Below are positions 19,208-29,297 of a stretch of 64,000 nucleotides of DNA, one piece after another. This DNA is from Bacteroidales bacterium UBA4179 (GTDB lineage Bacteria > Bacteroidota > Bacteroidia > Bacteroidales > Dysgonomonadaceae), in NCBI GenBank assembly GCA_002381125.1, contig DFUT01000009.1, positions 25,407 to 89,406 of the forward strand, in the 5' to 3' direction. The position numbers and the translations under genes are program-made. The notes beneath the pieces are model-generated. The model was not told the DNA's origin and made no database searches. It worked only from the letters and a program-made list of their open reading frames with translations. How positions within the stretch are numbered: the first letter of the stretch is position 1; each line of letters begins with the position of its first letter.

Positions 19208-19236
19208 ATAAAAAAACCGCCTGAAAAAGCGGTTTC
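19208..19236 (-). terminator. Intrinsic terminator after tRNA-Ser(GCT)
   Basis: On the minus strand AACCGC-N8-GCGGTT is followed by a T7 run, starting 3 nt beyond the tRNA 3' end. Confidence 0.7.
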
Positions 19237-19238
19237 TG

Positions 19239-19325
19239 CGGAAGCTGGGGGATTCGAACCCCCGGTACGATTACTCGTACGGCAGTTTAGCAAACTGCTG
19301 GTTTCAGCCACTCACCCAAACTTCC
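19239..19325 (-). tRNA. tRNA-Ser (anticodon GCT)
   Basis: Reverse complement: acceptor GGAAGTT/AGCTTCC, anticodon arm GCAGT-[TT GCT AA]-ACTGC, long variable arm (CGTACG..CGTACC), GGTTCGAATCC T-arm, 87 nt. Confidence 0.9.
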
Positions 19326-19351
19326 GAATGAAAAGTTTGCAAAATCGCTTG

Positions 19352-19359
19352 CAAATATA
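19352..19359 (-). promoter_or_regulatory. -7 promoter box for tRNA-Ser(GCT)
   Basis: Reverse complement TATATTTG, 27 nt upstream of the tRNA 5' end. Confidence 0.45.
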
Positions 19360-19412
19360 CGAGTTTGTTTTCAGCTTATCAAAGGAAATTCAAATTTTTC
19401 GTGAAAATATTC

Positions 19413-19420
19413 CTACATTT
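19413..19420 (+). promoter_or_regulatory. -7 promoter box for mltG
   Basis: TACATTTG, 31 nt upstream of ATG 19451. Confidence 0.5.
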
Positions 19421-19450
19421 GCATACTTTTTTGTGGTAAAAATCGGTTGA

Positions 19451-20494
19451 ATGAAAAAGAAATCAAAAAGAAAACGGTATAAAAAAGCAGGATGGATTTT
19501 TTTATTGGCAGTATTGCTGATAATGGGTGCTGTTTTTTATTTAAAAAAAACCGTTTTTAAACCTTTCACTCCGGATACGACCGTTTATATCTACATTGAT
19601 GAAAAAAGAGATTTCGATGATATTGTTCATCAATTGAAGGAAAAAGCCGGTTTGCCTTCAGAAAAAATTTTCAACATGTTGGCAAAGCGAATGAACTATT
19701 TGTCTAATATCAAAACCGGTTGTTATGCCGTTAAAAATGGTATGACCATGATCGAGTTGATTCGTATTTTGCGTGCAGGAATGCAAACCCCCGTAAATCT
19801 TACTTTCAATAATATTCGCACAAAGACCGACCTGGTTTCGCGACTTTCGCAACAACTCATGCTAGATAGTGTTTCTTTAATGAATGCCTTGAATGATTTG
19901 GAAAAAGTCGAGAAATTTGGATTCGATACCTGTACGGTGGTATGTATGTTTATTCCCAATACGTATGAAGTATATTGGGATATCGGGGTCGACAAACTTC
20001 TTTCGCGAATGAAACGCGAATACGATATTTTCTGGAATGCTGAGCGAAAAGCCAAAGCCCAAAAAATTGGTTTGACGCCGGTAGAAGTTTCCATCTTGGC
20101 GTCCATTGTTGAAGAAGAGGCCACTTATCCCGATGAATATCCGGTTATAGCAGGTCTTTATTTGAATCGTTTGCATAAGGGAATGAAACTTGAAGCCGAT
20201 CCGACAGTCAAGTTTGCCGTTGGCGACTTTTCGTTGCAGCGCATTCTGTTTAAGCACTTGGAAGTGGACTCGCCTTATAATACATATAAATATGCCGGAT
20301 TACCGCCGGGACCCATTCGTATACCCTCTATCGAAGCCATTGATGCTGTTCTTTCACCTCAACAGCATGGTTATCTGTTTATGTGCGCCAAAGACGATCT
20401 TTCCGGGAGACATAATTTTGCGTCTACACATACAGAACATGCACGCAATGCGGTACGCTATCAGCGTGCACTCGATGGAAGAAAAATCTACTAA
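19451..20494 (+). CDS. mltG: Endolytic murein transglycosylase (YceG family)
   Basis: N-terminal TM anchor, YceG domain blocks (LASIVEEEA, YNTYKYAGLPPGPI, GRHNFA). Confidence 0.9.
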   Translation: MKKKSKRKRYKKAGWIFLLAVLLIMGAVFYLKKTVFKPFTPDTTVYIYIDEKRDFDDIVHQLKEKAGLPSEKIFNMLAKRMNYLSNIKTGCYAVKNGMTMIELIRILRAGMQTPVNLTFNNIRTKTDLVSRLSQQLMLDSVSLMNALNDLEKVEKFGFDTCTVVCMFIPNTYEVYWDIGVDKLLSRMKREYDIFWNAERKAKAQKIGLTPVEVSILASIVEEEATYPDEYPVIAGLYLNRLHKGMKLEADPTVKFAVGDFSLQRILFKHLEVDSPYNTYKYAGLPPGPIRIPSIEAIDAVLSPQQHGYLFMCAKDDLSGRHNFASTHTEHARNAVRYQRALDGRKIY

Positions 20495-21312
20495 AAAGTG
20501 ATTTCGTCGGGATGAGATCCAACCCGTTGATCTTTATTCAGTGAACTAATTCGTTTCATGTCTTCTTCCGATAGTTCGAAATCGAAAATATCCAGGTTTT
20601 CTTTCTGGCGAGATAAATTCGATGATTTGGGAATTACTACAATACCGCGTTGGATGTCCCACCGCAAAACCACTTGTGCGGGTGTTTTCCCGTATTTTTC
20701 GGCTATCTCTTTAAGAATAGGTTCTTCAAGCAAATTATTCTTCTTGGCACAGAAAGGGCTCCATGCTTCAGGAACAATGTTTTTTCCATGCAAATAATTC
20801 ACGAGTTTTTCTTGAGTCAGGTAAGGGTGAAGTTCAATTTGATCTACCGCGGGGATTACCGATGCCGTTTCAAGCAGTTCATCAAGATGATGTTCGAGAT
20901 AATTGCTGACGCCTATGGCTCTTACTTTTCCGCCGGCATAGATTTTTTCCATTTCTTTCCAAACAGAAACGTATTTCCCTTTCACCGGCCAATGTACCAG
21001 ATACAAGTCTACGTATTCTGTCTTTAGCCGTTGCAAACTGGCTTCAAAAGCGCTTTGCACATTGTCTTTCCGTATATCGTCGTTCCATAGTTTGGTGGTC
21101 AAAAAAATTTCTTCGCGTGGTACGCCACTGTCTCTGATGGCTCTTCCTACGGCTTCTTCGTTTTCGTATATCATTGCCGTATCAATGTGTCGATATCCCA
21201 CATCGAGAGCCATTCGTACCGTTTCGTATGCAATTTTGTCGTCGTTTAACCGAAAAACACCTAGTCCCACATAAGGAATTTTTATTCCATTGTTTAATGT
21301 TGCGTATTCCAT
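20491..21312 (-). CDS. Aldo/keto reductase (2,5-diketo-D-gluconate reductase-like)
   Basis: 273 aa. GYRHIDTAMIYENE, LWNDD, VDLYLVHWP, IGVSNY, IPKS. The 3' end overlaps the convergent mltG stop by 4 nt. Confidence 0.9.
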   Translation of the reverse strand: MEYATLNNGIKIPYVGLGVFRLNDDKIAYETVRMALDVGYRHIDTAMIYENEEAVGRAIRDSGVPREEIFLTTKLWNDDIRKDNVQSAFEASLQRLKTEYVDLYLVHWPVKGKYVSVWKEMEKIYAGGKVRAIGVSNYLEHHLDELLETASVIPAVDQIELHPYLTQEKLVNYLHGKNIVPEAWSPFCAKKNNLLEEPILKEIAEKYGKTPAQVVLRWDIQRGIVVIPKSSNLSRQKENLDIFDFELSEEDMKRISSLNKDQRVGSHPDEITF

Positions 21313-21327
21313 AATTTTCCTCTTTTT

Positions 21328-22341
21328 TTAGTTGTTGAGTCTTTCCATTACCGTAATTTTGTCTTGTCTTATTTGTTCGACCAACGATTTTACACTGTCA
21401 AATTTTTTATCAGGCCGAATAAAATCAACAAATTCAACAGTCAATGATCGATTATACAAATCGCCTTCAAAATCGAAGATATTGACTTCCATGCTGATTT
21501 CGTTATTGTTGTGTAATGTCGGTCGTGTTCCGATGTACAACATTCCTTTGTAAATTTCGTTTTCGAATCGGACAAAGACCGCATAAACGCCTAATGCCGG
21601 AATCACTTTATATTTTTCCCATGCCTGAATATTGGCTGTGGGAAAACCGATGGTGCGACCCACTTTATACCCCTCGATAATTTTACCCGAAAATTTGTAA
21701 TTATAAGACAGCAATTTATTCGCTAATTTGATTTTTCCTTCTGCCAGTAAACGCCGTATCCGTGACGAGCTTACATGACGGTCTTCAAAACGCAGTTCGG
21801 TTGCCTGCAAAACGTCAATTCCCAATTCGTTGCCATATTTTACATATTCCGGAAATCCTTCTTCCCTGTTATGCCCAAAACGATGATCGTGACCCACAAC
21901 CAAGGTGTGCACATTGATTTTTTCTTTCAGTGTCTTCTCCATAAATTCTTTTGCTGTCAACGTTGCAAGTTCGACTGTGAAGGGCATGCTCACGCAATAA
22001 TCGATTCCGGTGGTTTCCAGTTGTTCCAGTTTTTCCTCATATCCACACAAAAGTTTAGGTTGATAGTCCTGTTGTAATACTTTTCGTGGATGTTCGGGAA
22101 AAGTAATTACTGCTGCAGGTAAATTTAATTGCTTTGCCTTTGCTTTTACCTGATTGATTAAATATCGGTGTCCGATGTGTACTCCGTCGAAAAAACCGAG
22201 AGTGGCCACCAATGGCCTGTGTTCGACGTGCATTTTTTTTGATAAATCGATAAGTTCCAAAACAAGTGATCTTTGTTTGCTTTTGTTCAATAAACGCATG
22301 ACACCCCTTTTTAGTTTAAAAAGGAGTGAGAAATTCGCCAA
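21328..22341 (-). CDS. ribF: Bifunctional riboflavin kinase / FMN adenylyltransferase
   Basis: FAD-synthetase block ATLGFFDGVHIGHRYL, riboflavin-kinase block GRTIGFPTANI...GMLYIGTRPT. The start is uncertain: the longest ORF is given, and an internal ATG at 22299 (MRLLNKS..) is equally plausible. Confidence 0.85.
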   Translation of the reverse strand: MANFSLLFKLKRGVMRLLNKSKQRSLVLELIDLSKKMHVEHRPLVATLGFFDGVHIGHRYLINQVKAKAKQLNLPAAVITFPEHPRKVLQQDYQPKLLCGYEEKLEQLETTGIDYCVSMPFTVELATLTAKEFMEKTLKEKINVHTLVVGHDHRFGHNREEGFPEYVKYGNELGIDVLQATELRFEDRHVSSSRIRRLLAEGKIKLANKLLSYNYKFSGKIIEGYKVGRTIGFPTANIQAWEKYKVIPALGVYAVFVRFENEIYKGMLYIGTRPTLHNNNEISMEVNIFDFEGDLYNRSLTVEFVDFIRPDKKFDSVKSLVEQIRQDKITVMERLNN

Positions 22342-22392
22342 AAACGGTTTTTCTTTTTTCTCGAAAATACAAAGTACTATTCATTATTTCTT

Positions 22393-22400
22393 TATCTTTG
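22393..22400 (+). promoter_or_regulatory. -7 promoter box for the DUF1080 gene
   Basis: TATCTTTG, 57 nt upstream of ATG 22457. Confidence 0.4.
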
Positions 22401-22456
22401 TGAAAAGGTGAAATAAACTGACCCATATTTCATTAATTAATATAAAAAAGAAGATC

Positions 22457-23728
22457 ATGAAAACGAAAATTTTATTTGTTTGCGTTGTAATGGCGGGAAT
22501 ATTTCTTGTTTCCTGCAAAAGTGGAGAAAAAAATAATGTGTTGACGGCAGCCGAAGAGGCCGAGGGGTGGGAATTATTGTTTGATGGCAAAACCTTGAAT
22601 GGTTGGCGCGATTACAATGGCGATTCGTTGACCGCTCCATGGACAGTTGAAGATGGAACGATTCGTGCATTGGGTGGAGGCAGCGATGCGAGTGGTTACA
22701 TTGTAACCGATGAAATTTATGAAAATTTTGAGTTGGTTTGGGACTGGAAAATTGCCGAAGGCGGTAATAGCGGCGTACTGTATCATGTTGTGGAACACCC
22801 CAAATTTAATGTACCATATATCACGGGTCCTGAATATCAATTGATTGATGAGGAGAATTTTCCCGAACCGCTTGAAGAGTGGCAGAAAACGGCAGCCGAT
22901 TATGCCATGTATGTTCCCGATCCAAGCAAGAAAAAATTGAAACCCGCCGGAGAGTGGAATACTTCGAAAATCGTTTTCGACAACGGCCATGTCGAATATT
23001 GGCTTAACGGTGAAAAAGTGCTTGAATTTGAGGCATGGACAGACGAGTGGTTTGAGCGAAAAAACAGCGGCAAATGGAAAGATGCTCCCGAATACGGATT
23101 AGCACACAAGGGTGTTATTTGTCTTCAGGATCACGGTTCGGCCGCCTGGTTTCGCAATCTCAAGATTAAAGAATTGCCCAGAAAAACAAAAGAGGTAACG
23201 CTTTTCAATGGCGTCGATCTACATGGTTGGGAAGTATACGGGACCGAGAAATGGTATGTCCAAGATGGCGTTTTGGTATGCGAAAGTGGTCCTGAAAAAA
23301 AATACGGTTATCTTGCAACGCGCGAGTACTACGATGATTTTGATCTTACTCTCGAGTTCAAGCAAGAATCCAATGGGAATTCGGGCGTTTTCTTCCGTTC
23401 GTTTATCGAGCCCGGCGAGATTATTAACGGTTGGCAAGTGGAAGTTGCACCCAAAGGGCATGGTACAGGCGGTATATATGAATCCTATGGAAGAGGATGG
23501 CTGGCGCAAATTCCGGAGGAGAAAGAAGATGTCTTGAAAGAGGGTGAATGGAATACTTTACGCATACGTGTACAAGGCGATAATGTAAAAACATGGTTAA
23601 ACGGTGAAGAAATGATTGATCTAAGCGATGAAAAAATCGGCAAAGGTCAAGGTCGCATTGCGTTGCAGATACATGATGGCGGCGGTATTAAAGTACTCTG
23701 GAAAAATTTTCAATTAAAAACGCTATAA
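22457..23728 (+). CDS. Secreted lipoprotein with two tandem DUF1080 (3-keto-disaccharide hydrolase-like) domains
   Basis: Lipobox (FLVSC). Two similar halves each carry F(D/N)G..L.GW ... NSGV ... WN(T)..I....V..WLNGE ... (I)(C/A)LQ.H.. ...(F/W)(R/K)N(L/F).(I/L)K. Confidence 0.75.
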   Translation: MKTKILFVCVVMAGIFLVSCKSGEKNNVLTAAEEAEGWELLFDGKTLNGWRDYNGDSLTAPWTVEDGTIRALGGGSDASGYIVTDEIYENFELVWDWKIAEGGNSGVLYHVVEHPKFNVPYITGPEYQLIDEENFPEPLEEWQKTAADYAMYVPDPSKKKLKPAGEWNTSKIVFDNGHVEYWLNGEKVLEFEAWTDEWFERKNSGKWKDAPEYGLAHKGVICLQDHGSAAWFRNLKIKELPRKTKEVTLFNGVDLHGWEVYGTEKWYVQDGVLVCESGPEKKYGYLATREYYDDFDLTLEFKQESNGNSGVFFRSFIEPGEIINGWQVEVAPKGHGTGGIYESYGRGWLAQIPEEKEDVLKEGEWNTLRIRVQGDNVKTWLNGEEMIDLSDEKIGKGQGRIALQIHDGGGIKVLWKNFQLKTL

Positions 23729-23751
23729 AAACACAATTCCAGGTTAATTGA

Positions 23752-23790
23752 CCTGTTGAGCAACATCGAAAACGCTCAACGGGTTTTTTT
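23752..23790 (+). terminator. Intrinsic terminator after the DUF1080 gene
   Basis: 10-bp stem CCTGTTGAGC / GCTCAACGGG (one U-G pair) followed by T7. Confidence 0.75.
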
Positions 23791-23868
23791 GGCATCTTTT
23801 TTGTACAATAAATTATAAACCAACAAAGGTTATTTTCTTAGACGATAGTTTTTTACGAAAAAACAAAC

Positions 23869-23876
23869 TATCTTTG
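23869..23876 (+). promoter_or_regulatory. -7 promoter box for rsfS-ftsH
   Basis: TATCTTTG, 25 nt upstream of ATG 23901. Confidence 0.5.
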
Positions 23877-23900
23877 TATTGCAAATTTACAGAATAGCGA

Positions 23901-24260
23901 ATGAGAGAAAAAAACAGGTTATTAGAAAGCATAATAAAAGGAATACAGGAAAAAAAGGGGAAAAACATCACCACTATAGAATTGAAGGAGATTGCAGGAG
24001 CAATCTGCGATTATTTTGTTATTTGTGAAGGAAATACTCCTATGCAGGTTTCGGCTGTCGCTGAATCTATCGAAGAGGTTGTATGGGAAAACACGAATGA
24101 AAATCCGCTCAGAATACACGGTCGACAACGGGCAGAATGGATTGGCATGGATTATGGCACCATTATTGTGCATATTTTTTTGCCTGAGTTGCGTGTTTTT
24201 TACGATATCGAACATTTGTGGGCTGATGCTTTTCTAAAGACTATTCCCGATGTAGAATAA
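23901..24260 (+). CDS. rsfS: Ribosome silencing factor RsfS (iojap family)
   Basis: 119 aa. KKGKNITTIELKEIAGAICDYFVICEGNT..., WIGMDYGTIIVHIF, YDIEHLW. Confidence 0.9.
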   Translation: MREKNRLLESIIKGIQEKKGKNITTIELKEIAGAICDYFVICEGNTPMQVSAVAESIEEVVWENTNENPLRIHGRQRAEWIGMDYGTIIVHIFLPELRVFYDIEHLWADAFLKTIPDVE

Positions 24261-24326
24261 AAACTTATTTCTTTTAAAATTGTTACATTCGTACGTTATT
24301 AATTTTTTCTTGGGGATAATAAATAA

Positions 24327-26453
24327 ATGGATAAAAACAATAAAAATTCGAATAGACAACCACCCTTAAACCCTAATAAAGGCAATAAACCTCCAAAATC
24401 ATCTTTTAACGCATACTGGATTTATACCCTTATTTTTGTAGCCCTGTTGGCGTTATATTTTTTTGGTGGAAATTCTTCGGTAAAGGAAGTATCATGGTCT
24501 GATTTTCAGAAATATGTAAATGAAGATCGGGTTGAGAGTATTGTTATTTACAGCAATAAAGAGATAGCCGAAGCAAAAGTAAGGAAGGAATCCGCAGGTT
24601 ACATTTTTGGAGAAGATGTAAATGCTGCCGGGAAAAATCCCGTTATTACGGTTCGTATCCCATCTGCAGAAGGTGCTTCGGAGTTTATCGATAAAGTAAA
24701 ATCGGAAAAAGGGTACAACATTGAGGTGCGTTTTGACACCACATCCGAAATATGGGGAATTCTACTTACCGCCGCTCCTTTCATTTTGTTGATTGTTTTC
24801 TGGATTTGGATGATGAGAAGGATGCAAAGCGGCGGAGGTGGCGGAGGTGGAAATATTTTCAGTGTCGGGAAATCCAAAGCCCAGCTTTTTGACAAGGATG
24901 CAGGTGAAAAGGTCACTTTTAAAGATGTTGCGGGGCTTTCGGAAGCCAAGGAAGAGGTTAGGGAAATAGTGGAATTTCTTAAACATCCCAATAATTATAC
25001 CCGATTAGGTGGAAAAATCCCTAAAGGCGCATTGTTGATAGGACCTCCCGGTACAGGGAAGACCTTGCTGGCAAAAGCTGTTGCAGGTGAAGCTGATGTG
25101 CCGTTTTTTTCTATTTCGGGATCCGATTTTGTCGAAATGTTTGTTGGAGTGGGCGCTTCACGAGTACGAGACCTCTTTCGTCAGGCAAAAGAAAAAGCCC
25201 CGTGTATCGTTTTTATCGACGAGATTGATGCTGTAGGGCGTGCTCGCGGCAAGAATGTCAATTTTGGTGCAAATGACGAACGGGAAAACACCTTGAATCA
25301 GCTTCTAACCGAGATGGATGGCTTCAGTTCGAATAGCGGGGTTATCATTCTTGCAGCAACCAACCGCGCCGATGTGTTGGACAAGGCTTTGCTGCGTGCC
25401 GGTCGTTTCGATCGTCAGATCTATGTGGAATTGCCCGATTTAAATGATCGTAGAGAAATATTCAATGTTCATCTTCGTCCGATTAAAATTGATGAAACGG
25501 TAGATGTCGATTTCTTGGCTCGCCAGACACCCGGTTTTTCCGGTGCAGATATAGCCAATGTATGCAATGAAGCAGCATTGATTGCTGCACGCAGAAAAAA
25601 GAAGTTTGTTCAAAAAGAAGATTTTTTGAGCGCTGTTGATCGTATAGTTGGGGGATTGGAAAAGAAAAGTAAAATTATCACGCAGGATGAAAAACGCTCC
25701 ATTGCTATTCACGAGTCCGGTCATGCGACGTTGAGTTGGTTCTTGAGATATGCAAGTCCATTGGTTAAAGTTACCATTGTTCCGCGAGGAAAAGCGTTAG
25801 GAGCAGCATGGTATTTACCGGAAGAGCGGCAAATTACAACCAAAGAACAAATGCTCGACGAGATGTGTGCGTTACTAGGTGGTCGTGCCGCAGAAGAATT
25901 ATTTACAGGAACCATTTCATCGGGAGCAATGAATGATTTGGAAAGAGTTACCAAACAAGCGTATGCGATGATTATGTATATGGGTATGAGTGAGAAATTG
26001 GCAAATTTGTGTTATTATGATTCTACCGGTCAGGAATATCCTTTTTCCAAACCATATAGTGAGGAAACGGCTAAATTGATCGACAGTGAAGTAAAAGCCA
26101 TGATATCGGAACAATATGAGCGAGCAAAGGCTATTCTTTTAGAACATAAGGAAGGTCATGGCAAACTTGCTGAAATCCTTTTGGAAAAAGAGATTATTTA
26201 TGCCGAAGATTTGGAAGCGATTTTTGGCAAGCGTCAATGGATTTCTCGTTCGCAAGAGATTTTGGAAATTAGTAAGAATATGAGACCCGACGATAATATC
26301 ATTCGTTCGAAACCGCAAGAGGTAAATCCTTTTGCTGACGCGAATCTCAATTCAGCTTCGGCACCTCGTTTTTCTAAAGAAGGAGAAGAAACAAAAGTGG
26401 AGAAATTTTCAGAAAACGAAAAAGATATCGATATATCCGAAAAAGAAGAGTAA
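24327..26453 (+). CDS. ftsH: ATP-dependent zinc metalloprotease FtsH
   Basis: Two TMs, Walker [12 protein letters not shown] region, zinc motif HESGH; 708 aa. Confidence 0.97.
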   Translation: MDKNNKNSNRQPPLNPNKGNKPPKSSFNAYWIYTLIFVALLALYFFGGNSSVKEVSWSDFQKYVNEDRVESIVIYSNKEIAEAKVRKESAGYIFGEDVNAAGKNPVITVRIPSAEGASEFIDKVKSEKGYNIEVRFDTTSEIWGILLTAAPFILLIVFWIWMMRRMQSGGGGGGGNIFSVGKSKAQLFDKDAGEKVTFKDVAGLSEAKEEVREIVEFLKHPNNYTRLGGKIPKGALLIGPPGTGKTLLAKAVAGEADVPFFSISGSDFVEMFVGVGASRVRDLFRQAKEKAPCIVFIDEIDAVGRARGKNVNFGANDERENTLNQLLTEMDGFSSNSGVIILAATNRADVLDKALLRAGRFDRQIYVELPDLNDRREIFNVHLRPIKIDETVDVDFLARQTPGFSGADIANVCNEAALIAARRKKKFVQKEDFLSAVDRIVGGLEKKSKIITQDEKRSIAIHESGHATLSWFLRYASPLVKVTIVPRGKALGAAWYLPEERQITTKEQMLDEMCALLGGRAAEELFTGTISSGAMNDLERVTKQAYAMIMYMGMSEKLANLCYYDSTGQEYPFSKPYSEETAKLIDSEVKAMISEQYERAKAILLEHKEGHGKLAEILLEKEIIYAEDLEAIFGKRQWISRSQEILEISKNMRPDDNIIRSKPQEVNPFADANLNSASAPRFSKEGEETKVEKFSENEKDIDISEKEE

Positions 26454-26468
26454 TTCGTTTTTTATGTC

Positions 26469-26508
26469 GCAACAAGGGCATCCAAAATTGCTTGGATGCC
26501 CTTGTTGC
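26469..26508 (+). terminator. Perfect 17-bp GC-rich hairpin after ftsH (probable terminator)
   Basis: GCAACAAGGGCATCCAA-aattgc-TTGGATGCCCTTGTTGC. The T-rich tract begins ~10 nt downstream rather than immediately. Confidence 0.5.
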
Positions 26509-26730
26509 ATAATGGATGTTTTCTTTTTATTGTTTTTAGTTTTTCTTAATAAGAATCAATCTAAATTATACTGAACAATATGCATGTCTTATTCGTTATA
26601 GTGATAGACATCAAATGTGGCTAATAAATGTATTCTCATTGAGTGGGGATTAAGTGCAATGGGCATGTTGATGTACCTTAATTTACATACTCAACGCAAC
26701 GATAATATTAACTCTAAAAACAGTAAAAGT

Positions 26731-27321
26731 ATGAAGTTTGAAAAAGTACCGCTTCCTTATGCACCCGATGCTCTTGAGCCGGTTATTAGCAAAACGACAA
26801 TTGAATTTCACTATGGCAAACATCATCAGGCTTATGTGGATAATTTAAATAGGCTGATTGTAGGAACAGAATTCGAGAATGCCGATTTGGAAACGATTGT
26901 GAAAGAAAGTGATGGGGCTATTTTCAATAATGCAGGACAAGTTCTGAATCATGATCTTTATTTCACGTCATTTTCTCCAAACGGAGGTGGGAAGCCAAAA
27001 GACAAGTTGGCTCAAGCGATTGATGAACAATTCGGTTCATTTGAAAAATTTCAGGAATTATTCAACGAAGCCGGAGTTTCATTGTTCGGTTCAGGTTGGG
27101 TTTGGCTGGCTAAAGACGGGGACGGCAAGCTTTCCATAGAAAAAGAAAGCAATGCCGGCAATCCGATAAGAAAAGGATTGACCCCGATCTTGGGATTTGA
27201 TGTTTGGGAACATGCTTACTATCTCGATTATCAAAACCGCCGGGCCGATCACTTGAAAGAATTATGGAAGATTATAAACTGGGACGTTGTTGGCCAACGT
27301 TATGAATTGAAAGCAGTTTAA
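26731..27321 (+). CDS. sod: Fe/Mn-family superoxide dismutase
   Basis: LPYAPDALEP, FHYGKHHQAYV, DVWEHAYYLDYQNRR. The track ORF starts at 26617, but the homologous start is ATG 26731 (MKFEKVPLPY). Confidence 0.93.
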   Translation: MKFEKVPLPYAPDALEPVISKTTIEFHYGKHHQAYVDNLNRLIVGTEFENADLETIVKESDGAIFNNAGQVLNHDLYFTSFSPNGGGKPKDKLAQAIDEQFGSFEKFQELFNEAGVSLFGSGWVWLAKDGDGKLSIEKESNAGNPIRKGLTPILGFDVWEHAYYLDYQNRRADHLKELWKIINWDVVGQRYELKAV

Positions 27322-27350
27322 ATCCGGTAACATTGACACGTTTGATATGG

Positions 27351-27387
27351 AAATAGAGATGTTGAAACAACCGACATCTCTATTTTT
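27351..27387 (+). terminator. Intrinsic terminator after sod, between convergent sod and obg
   Basis: 12-bp stem AAATAGAGATGT / ACATCTCTATTT followed by TTTTTATATTTTT on +. Only a weak U-tract on -. Confidence 0.75.
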
Positions 27388-27411
27388 ATATTTTTAATCG
27401 TATCGCTTAAT

Positions 27412-28563
27412 TTAAAAATCTTCTTCGTAGTAATCGATCGTGTTTTTCGAATCGTTGTCGCTGCTGCCATTTTCGTTATTTGCAGCGTCTTTCACTTTGT
27501 TGAAGTGGGTGGATGGTATATCCATATCCCGATGAACCAGCGTGTCTTTTACTATTGCATGAGGATCAAAATCTTCGAAATCGAGTGTTTCCCAAAGAAC
27601 ATCTTTTAGCTTTTGGATGCCGAAACCTGTAATGGAAGAAATAAACACATAAGGAATATCGGGTAAATCTTGTGTAATTTTTTTCATTTGCTCCTCGTCG
27701 ATCATATCCGATTTCGAGATGGCCAAAACGCGGCGCTTGTCTGCCAGTTGAGGGTTATATCGTACAAGTTCGTTTACCAGTGTATCGTATTCTTTGTGGA
27801 TATTTTCGGAATCAGCCGGAATAACAAAAAGCAACAGCGCATTACGTTCGATATGTCGCAGAAAACGTAATCCGAGCCCTCTCCCTTCACTTGCTCCTTC
27901 GATAATCCCGGGTATATCGGCCATCACAAACGATTTTCCATCACGATATTCCACCATTCCCAAAATTGGCTCCAATGTAGTGAAAGGATAATCGGCAATT
28001 TTGGGTTTTGCCGCTGAAACTACCGATAGGAGGGTTGATTTCCCTGCATTGGGGAAACCTACCAGCCCCACGTCGGCCAGAAGCTTTAGTTCTAAAATTA
28101 TCCAGCGTTCCTCTGAAGGCTCACCGGGTTGTGCATAACGTGGCGCTTGATTGGTAGCCGATTTGAATCGGGCATTTCCTAATCCGCCCTTCCCGCCTTT
28201 CAGCAGGATGACTTCTTGTCCATGCTCGGTTATATCGTATAAAAACTCACCTGTATCTGCATCATAAACTATTGTTCCACAAGGTACTTCGATGATTTTA
28301 CTTTCTCCTTTTTTCCCCGAGGATTGGTTGCGCGAGCCGCTTTCTCCATGTCCTGCAAAAATATGGCGTTGATAGCGCAGGTGCAATAGCGTATGATAAT
28401 TGCGGTTCCCTCGAAGGATGATATTTCCCCCGTCACCGCCATCGCCTCCGTCGGGTCCGCCTTTTGGAAGGTGTTTTGCTCTATGGAAATGCACAGAGCC
28501 GCTACCTCCTTTTCCGGAGCGACAAAATATTTTCACATAATCAACAAAATTAGATTTTGTCAT
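27412..28563 (-). CDS. obg: GTPase Obg/CgtA
   Basis: Glycine-rich Obg fold (GGDGGDGG), G1 motif [20 protein letters not shown]. Acidic C-terminal tail. Confidence 0.95.
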   Translation of the reverse strand: MTKSNFVDYVKIFCRSGKGGSGSVHFHRAKHLPKGGPDGGDGGDGGNIILRGNRNYHTLLHLRYQRHIFAGHGESGSRNQSSGKKGESKIIEVPCGTIVYDADTGEFLYDITEHGQEVILLKGGKGGLGNARFKSATNQAPRYAQPGEPSEERWIILELKLLADVGLVGFPNAGKSTLLSVVSAAKPKIADYPFTTLEPILGMVEYRDGKSFVMADIPGIIEGASEGRGLGLRFLRHIERNALLLFVIPADSENIHKEYDTLVNELVRYNPQLADKRRVLAISKSDMIDEEQMKKITQDLPDIPYVFISSITGFGIQKLKDVLWETLDFEDFDPHAIVKDTLVHRDMDIPSTHFNKVKDAANNENGSSDNDSKNTIDYYEEDF

Positions 28564-29147
28564 TCTTTTTTCTCCGCCACAACTTTGTCGACTGCCTCTG
28601 CAATCGAAGCAAAAATCTCTTCGATCGATCCTTTTCCCGAAATTTCCACCAGTTTACCTTGTTCTGCATAGAATTCCTTTAAAGGAGCAGTTTGGTTATA
28701 ATAGACTTTCAATCGCGATTCAATGGTTTCGCGGTTATCGTCGGAACGCCCCATCAGTTCGCCTCGTTTGAGCAATCGGTCGATAAGTTCTTCATCGTCA
28801 ACCTCAAGACTGATCACAATGGATATTTCTTGACCGAATTTTTTCAGTATTTCATCAAGAGCCTCTCCTTGAGCCAGCGTTCGAGGGAATCCGTCGAAGA
28901 TAAATCCTTTTGCTTCCGGATTCTTTTTGATGGTATCCTCCAGCATACCGATGACCACTTCATCGGGGACCAATTGACCTTCAACGATATAATTTTCGGC
29001 CATTTTCCCTAAGTCGGTTTTTGCAGCCATCTCTGCTCTCAACAAATCCCCTGTTGAGATGTGTATCAAACCGTATTTATCTTTCAGATGAATGCTTTGA
29101 GTTCCTTTCCCCGAACCGGGTGCTCCAAAAATAACAACGTTCAACAT
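28560..29147 (-). CDS. adk: Adenylate kinase
   Basis: P-loop [10 protein letters not shown], short-lid form (no zinc lid), 195 aa. ATGA overlap with obg. Confidence 0.95.
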   Translation of the reverse strand: MLNVVIFGAPGSGKGTQSIHLKDKYGLIHISTGDLLRAEMAAKTDLGKMAENYIVEGQLVPDEVVIGMLEDTIKKNPEAKGFIFDGFPRTLAQGEALDEILKKFGQEISIVISLEVDDEELIDRLLKRGELMGRSDDNRETIESRLKVYYNQTAPLKEFYAEQGKLVEISGKGSIEEIFASIAEAVDKVVAEKKE

Positions 29148-29186
29148 AGTTTACCGTTTAATTATATGTAATTACTATTTCTTTTT

Positions 29187-29194
29187 CAAAGATA
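29187..29194 (-). promoter_or_regulatory. -7 promoter box for adk-obg
   Basis: Reverse complement TATCTTTG, 40 nt upstream of ATG 29147. Confidence 0.45.
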
Positions 29195-29251
29195 CACCAT
29201 TTGTTCCTTTTAAGGAAAAAACGCGAAAGCGAACGATTAGCTTTCTCAATT

Positions 29252-29284
29252 GAAAAATAAAAACGACACTTTGGAGTGCCGTTT
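29252..29284 (-). terminator. Intrinsic terminator after tRNA-Cys
   Basis: Minus strand: AAACGGCACU-CCAA-AGUGUCGUUU (10 bp, one mismatch) followed by UUAUUUUU. Confidence 0.65.
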
Positions 29285-29297
29285 TTGCTTGTTTTAG

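Noticed and set aside
23742-23753. The 12-mer GGTTAATTGACC occurs twice in intergenic DNA (23742-23753 and 30948-30959), each as a small palindrome-like hairpin. Considered as a shared operator.
   Set aside because: In a 64-kb window read on both strands, many exact 12-mer coincidences are expected by chance. The two contexts are unrelated: one lies after the DUF1080 gene, the other between radA and rnhB.
24831-24848. Perfect 9-nt tandem duplication GGCGGAGGT x2 in ftsH, encoding a Gly7 run.
   Set aside because: It encodes the flexible glycine linker after TM2 that is common in FtsH. It is in frame and there is no sign of phase variation. Noted only as low-complexity coding sequence.
26617-26730. 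N-terminal extensions in the ORF track: sod from 26617, dnaA to 34520, cdaA to 49255, ppdK to 11422, rpsO from 53130, the sigma-54 activator from 43870, the Lrp/AsnC gene from 2020.
   Set aside because: The extensions start at non-ATG codons or at upstream ATGs, encode non-homologous junk, overlap neighbouring genes or promoter boxes, and precede an ATG that matches the conserved N-terminus of the family.
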